Positions 50,050 to 64,000 of a DNA stretch of 64,000 nt are shown piece after piece. The stretch covers positions 2,184 through 66,183 of the forward strand of contig JAUCBJ010003840.1 in NCBI GenBank assembly GCA_032718475.1, given 5' to 3'. This stretch comes from Nemertoderma westbladi (taxonomy: Eukaryota > Animalia > Xenacoelomorpha). Position numbers and translations under genes: made by a program. The first letter of the stretch is position 1; every line of letters starts with the position of its first letter. The notes beneath the pieces were generated by a model. It made no database searches. It was given only the letters and a program-made list of their open reading frames with translations, and was not told the DNA's origin.

Positions 50050-53000
50050 TCCAATGATATAAGGTACGTAACGGATTTATTCTATAAGGTACGTAGCGGA
50101 TCCAATGATATAAGGTACGTAACGGATCCAATGATATAAGATACGTAACGGATCCAATGATATAAGGTACGTAACGGATTTATTCTATAAGGTACGTAAC
50201 GGATTTAATGATATAAGGTACGTAACGGATCCAATGATATAAGGTACGTAACGGATCCAATGATATAAGGTACGTAACGGATTTATTCTATAAGGTACGT
50301 AACGGATTTAATGATATAAGGTACGTAACGGATCCAATGATATAAGGTACGTAACGGATCCAATGATATAAGATACGTAACGGATCCAATGATATAAGGT
50401 ACGTAACGGATCCAATGATATAAGGTACGTAACGGATCCAATGATATAAGATACGTAACGGATCCAATGATATAAGGTACGTAACGGATCCAATGATATA
50501 AGGTACGTAACGGACTTATTATATAAGGCACGTAACGGATCCAATGATATAAGGTACGCAACGGATCCAATGATATAAGGTACGTAACGGATCCAATGAT
50601 ATAAGATACGTAACGGATCCAATGATATAAGGTACGTAACGGATTTATTCTATAAGGTACGTAACGGATTTAATGATATAAGGTACGTAACGGATCCAAT
50701 GATATAAGGTACGTAACGGATCCAATGATATAAGATACGTAACGGATCCAATGATATAAGGTACGTAACGGATCCAATGATATAAGGTACGTAACGGATC
50801 CAATGATATAAGATACGTAACGGATCCAATGATATAAGGTACGTAACGGATCCAATGATATAAGGTACGTAACGGACTTATTATATAAGGCACGTAACGG
50901 ATCCAATGATATAAGGTACGCAACGGATCCAATGATATAAGGTACGTAACGGATCCAATGATATAAGGTACGTAACGGATCCAATGATATAAGGTACGTA
51001 ACGGACTTATTATATAAGGCACGTAACGGATCCAATGATATAAGGTACGTAACGGACTTATTATATAAGGCACGTAACGGATCCAATGATATAAGGTACG
51101 TAACGGATCCAATGATATAAGGTACGTAACGGATCCAATGATATAAGGTACGTAACGGATCCAATTATATAAGGTACGTAACAGACTTATTATATAAGGC
51201 ACGTAACGGATCCAATGATATAAGGTACGTAACGGATCCAATTATATAAGGTACGTAACGGATCCAATGATATAAGGTACGTAACGGATTTATTATATAA
51301 GGTACGTAACGGATCCAATGATATAAGGTACGTAAGGGATCCAATGATATAAGGTACGTAACGGATCCAAGGATATAAGGTACGTAACGGATTTAATGAT
51401 ATAAGGTACGTAACGGATTTAATGATATAAGGTACCTTAACGGATCCAATGATATAAGGTACGTAACGGATCCAATGATATAAGGTACGTAACGGATCCA
51501 ATGATATAAGGTACGTAACGGACTTATTATATAAGGTACGTAACGGATCCAATGATATAAGGTACGTAACGGATCCAATGATATAAGGTACGTAACGGAT
51601 CCAATGATATAAGGTACGTAACGGATCCAAAGATATAAGGTACGTAACGGATCCAAAGATATAAGGTACGTAACGGATCCAATGATATAAGGTACGTAAC
51701 GGATCCAATGATATAAGGTACGTAACGGATCCAATGATATAAGGTACGTAACGGATCCAATGATATAAGGTACGTAACGGATCCAATGATATAAGGTACG
51801 TAACGGATTTAATGATATAAGGTACGTAACGGACTTATTATATAAGGTACGTAACGGATCCAGTGATATAAGGTACGTAACGGATCCAATGATATAAGGT
51901 ACGTAACGGATCCAATGATATAAGGTACGTAACGGATCCAATGATATAAGGTACGTAACGGATCCAATGATATAAGGTACGTAACGGATCCAATGATATA
52001 AGGTACGTAACGGATCCAATGATATAAGGTACGTAACGGATCCAATGATATAAGGTACGTAACGGATCCAATGATATAAGGTACGTAACGGACTTATTAT
52101 ATAAGGTACGTAACGGATCCAATGATATAAGGTACGTAACGGATCCAATGATATAAGGTACGTAACGGATCCAATGATATAAGGTACGTAACGGATCCAA
52201 TGATATAAGGTACGTAACGGATCCAATGATATAAGGTACGTAACGGATCCAATGTTATAAGGTACGTAACGGACTTATTATATAACGTACGTAACGGATC
52301 CAATGATATAAGGTACGTAGCGGATCCAATGATATAAGGTACGTAACGGATCCAATGATATAAGGTACGTAACGGATGCAATGATATAAGGTACGCAACG
52401 GATCCAATGATATAAGGTACGTAATGGATCCAATGATATAAGGTACGCAACGGATCCAATGATATTAGGTACGTAACGGATCCAATGATATAAGGTACGT
52501 AACGGATCCAATGATATAAGGTACGTAACGGATCCAATGATATAAGGTACGTAACGGATCCAATGATATAAGGTACGTAACGGATCCAATGATATAAGGT
52601 ACGTAACGGATTTAATAATATAAGGTACGTAACGGATCCAATGATATAAGGTACGTAACGGATTTAATGATATAAGGTACGTAACGGATCCAATGATATA
52701 AGGTACGTAACGGATTTAATGATATAAGGTACGTAACGGATCCAATGATATAAGGTACGTAACGGATCCAATGATATAAGGTACGTAACGAATCCAATGA
52801 TATAAGGTACGTAACGGATCCAATGATGTAAGGTACGTAACGGACTTATTATATAAGGTACGTAACGGATCCAATGATATAAGGTACGTAACGGATCCAA
52901 TGATATAAGGTACGTAACGGATTTATTCTATAAGATACGTAACGGGTTTATTCTATAAGGTACGTAACGGATCCAATGATATAAGGTACGTAACGGATCC

Positions 53001-53518
53001 AATGATATAAGGTACGTAACGGATTTAATGATATAAGGTACGTAACGGATCCAATGATATAAGGTACGTAACGGATCCAATGATATAAGGTACGTAACGG
53101 ATTTATTATATAAGGTACGTAACGGATTTAATGATATAAGGTACGTAACGGATTTATTCTATAAGGTACGTAACGGATTTATTCTATAAGGTACGTAACG
53201 GATTTAATGATATAAGGTACGTAACGAATTTATTCTATAAGGTACGTAACGGATTTATTCTATAAAGTACGTAACGGGTCCAATGATATAAAGTACGTAA
53301 CGGATCCAATGATATAAGGTACGTAACGGATTTAATTATATAAGGTACGTAACGGATCCAATGATATAAGGTACGTAACGGATCCAATGATATAAGGTAC
53401 GTAACGGATCCAATGATATAAGGTACGTAACGGATCCAATGATATAAAGTACGTAACGGATCCAATGATATAAGGTACGTAACGGATTGATTCTATAAGG
53501 TACGTAACGGATTTATTC
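50050..53518. repeat. 25-26 bp minisatellite, ~134 copies
   Basis: Unit CCAATGATATAAGGTACGTAACGGAT with TTATTC/TTATTA variants. Confidence 0.97.
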
Positions 53519-54261
53519 CTATCTGGCTTTAGTGCAGAATCAGAGGGACACCATGGACGCCCTGAGGATGATCTTCGACGCGCCGAAAAGGTTTACAAAA
53601 TTTTTTTTAGATATTTAGATTTAGATATTATTTGTATCTTATTATCGTTAAATTAATAATAAATTAATAAATTAATTCATTCGTTTAACTGCATTCTTAA
53701 TTATTAGTAGATATACATTTTATAATTAATTATTTTAGCTATTTTATAAGTTATTAATTCCATATGTTGGATTAAAGAATATAATTACAATAAATTAAAT
53801 TAACCCAATGTTTCATAGAGGGATTGTATGTGAGTTTAAGGTAGTATAGATTGTTGTACGTCGGTTGAATGAAAACATACAAGATTTATAAAATTGTTGG
53901 CTCAGTTTTACTATAAGACTCCCTTTATGATCATAGCCGATCACAAAGTAACAACTAGCAATTCTCTCATCTTTCAATATTTACTGAGCTACTTCCATGT
54001 TTGAACGCGTTTATGTGCCATTGTACCAAACAAGCCTTGCTGGGTACTACTTCCAAGACCCCTTTTTTTTCGAAATACCAAAAAGTGTATTAGGTTGTTA
54101 AATACATTATGTGAAGTATTAAATGCAATAAATATATACCATATATAAATATTAATATAAAAGAACTATGAAATACAACTATACCATACTGTAGAAGTTG
54201 TACACTACACAGTTACTTTATTGATAAATGCTAAGGCTAATTAATTTGTCTATAGTTGTTG

Positions 54262-61288
<7,027 letters not shown>

Positions 61289-64000
61289 TTACTATTAAAG
61301 TTTTCAAATGACGATAAAGTATATATTATAATAATAATACATATAAGCCACAATAAGTATTTTAACTAAATATAATTTATAAAACTAGCTATATTCTCAA
61401 GTTTATCTGATACGATATGTCCACAAATATCGCTATGAAAACCAAATTATTTATGTTTATATAAAATAATCATCAGCAACAATATAATGATGTGTTGATC
61501 TACTCGAATGGCTGAAAATTAACCAATTTGCAGCAACCTGAAATATAAAACAGAACGCTGAAAAGTAATCCCTAACTTAGAAACAATAAACTTCTAGAAC
61601 ACGTCTATCTTCCGTTTTTCAATATACCTCAACATTACAATATTAAAGCTAATAATTAGGCTTTCAGAACGTTAATTATTTGACATAATGTAACCAACCA
61701 AGCTTTACGTTCACTTTTGTATTTAAAAGCCTTGTCAAGTGTAAAGCTGAAAAGTGCTGATTCTCATACAATGATATAAAGAGCTATCTATATAATATTC
61801 AGTACTAATTGCATAAGTATTTAATATATTATACCCCTAGACTACGCCTTCAGCTGAAATAAGAATTATGTAATTTTTATATAACAATAATATCCCTAAA
61901 TAACACGAAAAACTTCTTACTTTATATTTAAAAACATGCATTATATTATATATATTATATTATCATTATATGCATTACTTAATTAATGAGAAATTGATTT
62001 TGCCATACTCAGCAGTACCCTAATTAGTAACATATATTTAACTTACTACTCCTTATAACCTACGTGGGACAAGGACAACGCCTTATTGTAGACAAACCGC
62101 TAAATCTTAGCTCTAAGTGTTTCCTTTGCCAAAAACACGAAATCGACAAATCCAGCCCCGTCTAATACTTACGTAAGGTTTTCCAACTGCAGACATGTTG
62201 GTTACGAGCACGGGATTCCACGTTGCATTGTGTGGAACCACTTATTCGTGAAAGCCTTAGAGAACCGCTAGTAATACTTAGTCATTAATACTTTTAGGTT
62301 GACAACTAACAGGTGCCTAAGGCCCGTATAACTAGGTAAGGACACGTATACATTTATTCTGTTGGTGATAGTGTAGTGCACACATCCATGAGGGACTGCA
62401 ACCAACATGATAGTATCATTTAATCGTTTATTGATAAGTATAAATAATATTTTATAATATTGTATTTATTAGATTGTTTTACTAAATATTTATTTTACCA
62501 AATAGAAGACCCACTAACGCGAAATTATAACGCACCTCACTTTATCAAATTTCAACGTTAATTACGTAGGCTTGTGAGTAGGGGGTGGTCGTGAGTATGA
62601 GTCAGTAAGGAACCCAGGGGAATTTTCGTTTCGACATGAATGATTTATAAGGACTGTGCTGAACAACTTTTTTATTAATATCATTGGAAATATTGCGTTG
62701 CATTTATTCGAACTATGTAACAATGTTTGGATTTCGTTGAGAAACAACTGAGATAGATAGGCGTTCAACGATTGCAATAATTGTTGGCTAGCTGATAATG
62801 ATACCATTATTAATAAATACATGACATTCTAAAACGTAATATTTATCTCATAAATAGGTTTGCAACAACTGTATCTCTATTGCGTAGAGATACACATACA
62901 TATACAAAATGTTCCAGAACATTGTGTAAATTGACTACAGATAATTCTCGAACGATAATTCTTGCAATCTTTGAACCTACCGGTATCATATTTCGACTGT
63001 TTCTCAACGAAATTCAGCAGATGGGGGGGGGGGGGGGGGGGGGGGGTGCTTTCGACGCAATAAAAATTCATCCCTCTCCAGGGGAAATTCGACGCAAATA
63101 ACAGCTGATTACTCTAAAAAATAAAACTGTAACCAGTTCTCTTGTGTTTAGTTTATTGTTTTGGTTAAAATAACGTGCCACTGTAACCTGCTAAGTGGGA
63201 TTTGAGTCCAGTTCCACCCCCCCCCCCCCCATGTCTCAAATTCAGACATTGTTACATATTTTGAATACACGCAACATAAGTTTTCTATTGATATAAATAA
63301 ATCAGGATTAATATTAAGAATGGCGGCAATTCAAAGGGTGCAAGTAGGGGAGAGGGGGGGGGGGGGGGGGAGAGGGGGAGGCTCCGTGTTATAAGAAAAT
63401 GACACTACACCATGTCCCAGAATATAGTGTCGTAATTCAGTGACACGCCACCCCCCCCCCCCCCCCCCCCCCCCCCTAATTTTTCCACAAATCTTAATGA
63501 GATTGCATGAAATTTGAAACAGAGAGTGTTTCAACTCCCGACCACATTACCCGTTTACACAATCCCACCCCACCGCAGTTATTCTTCTACAGTATTCTTC
63601 TGCAGTTATTCTTATAGCTGTTTGTTGGTATCAATGGAAAGCTGGCCATGCAAGGATTCCAAATATGTAATACAATTTGAATTTCGTTGAAAAATACCTG
63701 AGTTATGATTATTCAAAATTTGCATGGTTATGCACCGGCGCGAAGCTATTTATTATATTTAATAAATGCATAATTATTCTGGAATATCCACATTCTAGAA
63801 CACCCTGTAAAGTAAATTACAATAAATAATAATAACGAGTTGCCCCAATTCCGACGAGCCCTCAACGCGATACAGGTTTGTATAGTTTGTGGAAGACATT
63901 AGATTTGTTCGAGTTGAAGTTTTCTCTGCACTGCGGGGAGCAACAGTTGAACACAAAGGGTAGGTTATTGACCCCAAACATTCGCTTCGATGGTCGAATC

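Noticed and set aside
53530-53571. + strand ...CCC TGA GGA TGA resembling a selenoprotein UG-stop ending
   Set aside because: No upstream homology or SECIS element identified; likely chance.

Overview
AT-rich, intron-containing eukaryotic (invertebrate-like metazoan) genomic DNA. It holds three recognisable protein genes: a multi-exon calpain-5/TRA-3-like protease (- strand, 18525-44709), an intronless SAC1 phosphoinositide phosphatase nested antisense in a calpain intron (+, 36152-37951), and a 7-exon L-threonine 3-dehydrogenase (-, 54262-61261). The remainder is mostly decayed retroelements (Ty3/gypsy integrase, Penelope-like RT and GIY-YIG, several LINEs, tRNA-derived SINE), MITEs and many large minisatellite arrays. 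Three patterns stand out. (1) In at least four introns of two genes the minisatellite is an amplified copy of the upstream exon's own 3' end plus its 5' splice site, giving about 4 to about 100 tandem donor junctions. (2) A ~160 bp element inside a calpain intron joins a tRNA-like Pol III promoter to a minimal type I hammerhead ribozyme, enclosed by inverted repeats. (3) Calpain domain III has two paralogous phase 0-0 exons that look mutually exclusive. All calls were made by eye; exon boundaries come from GT-AG and frame logic, not transcript data, and copy numbers are estimates (array length divided by unit length).
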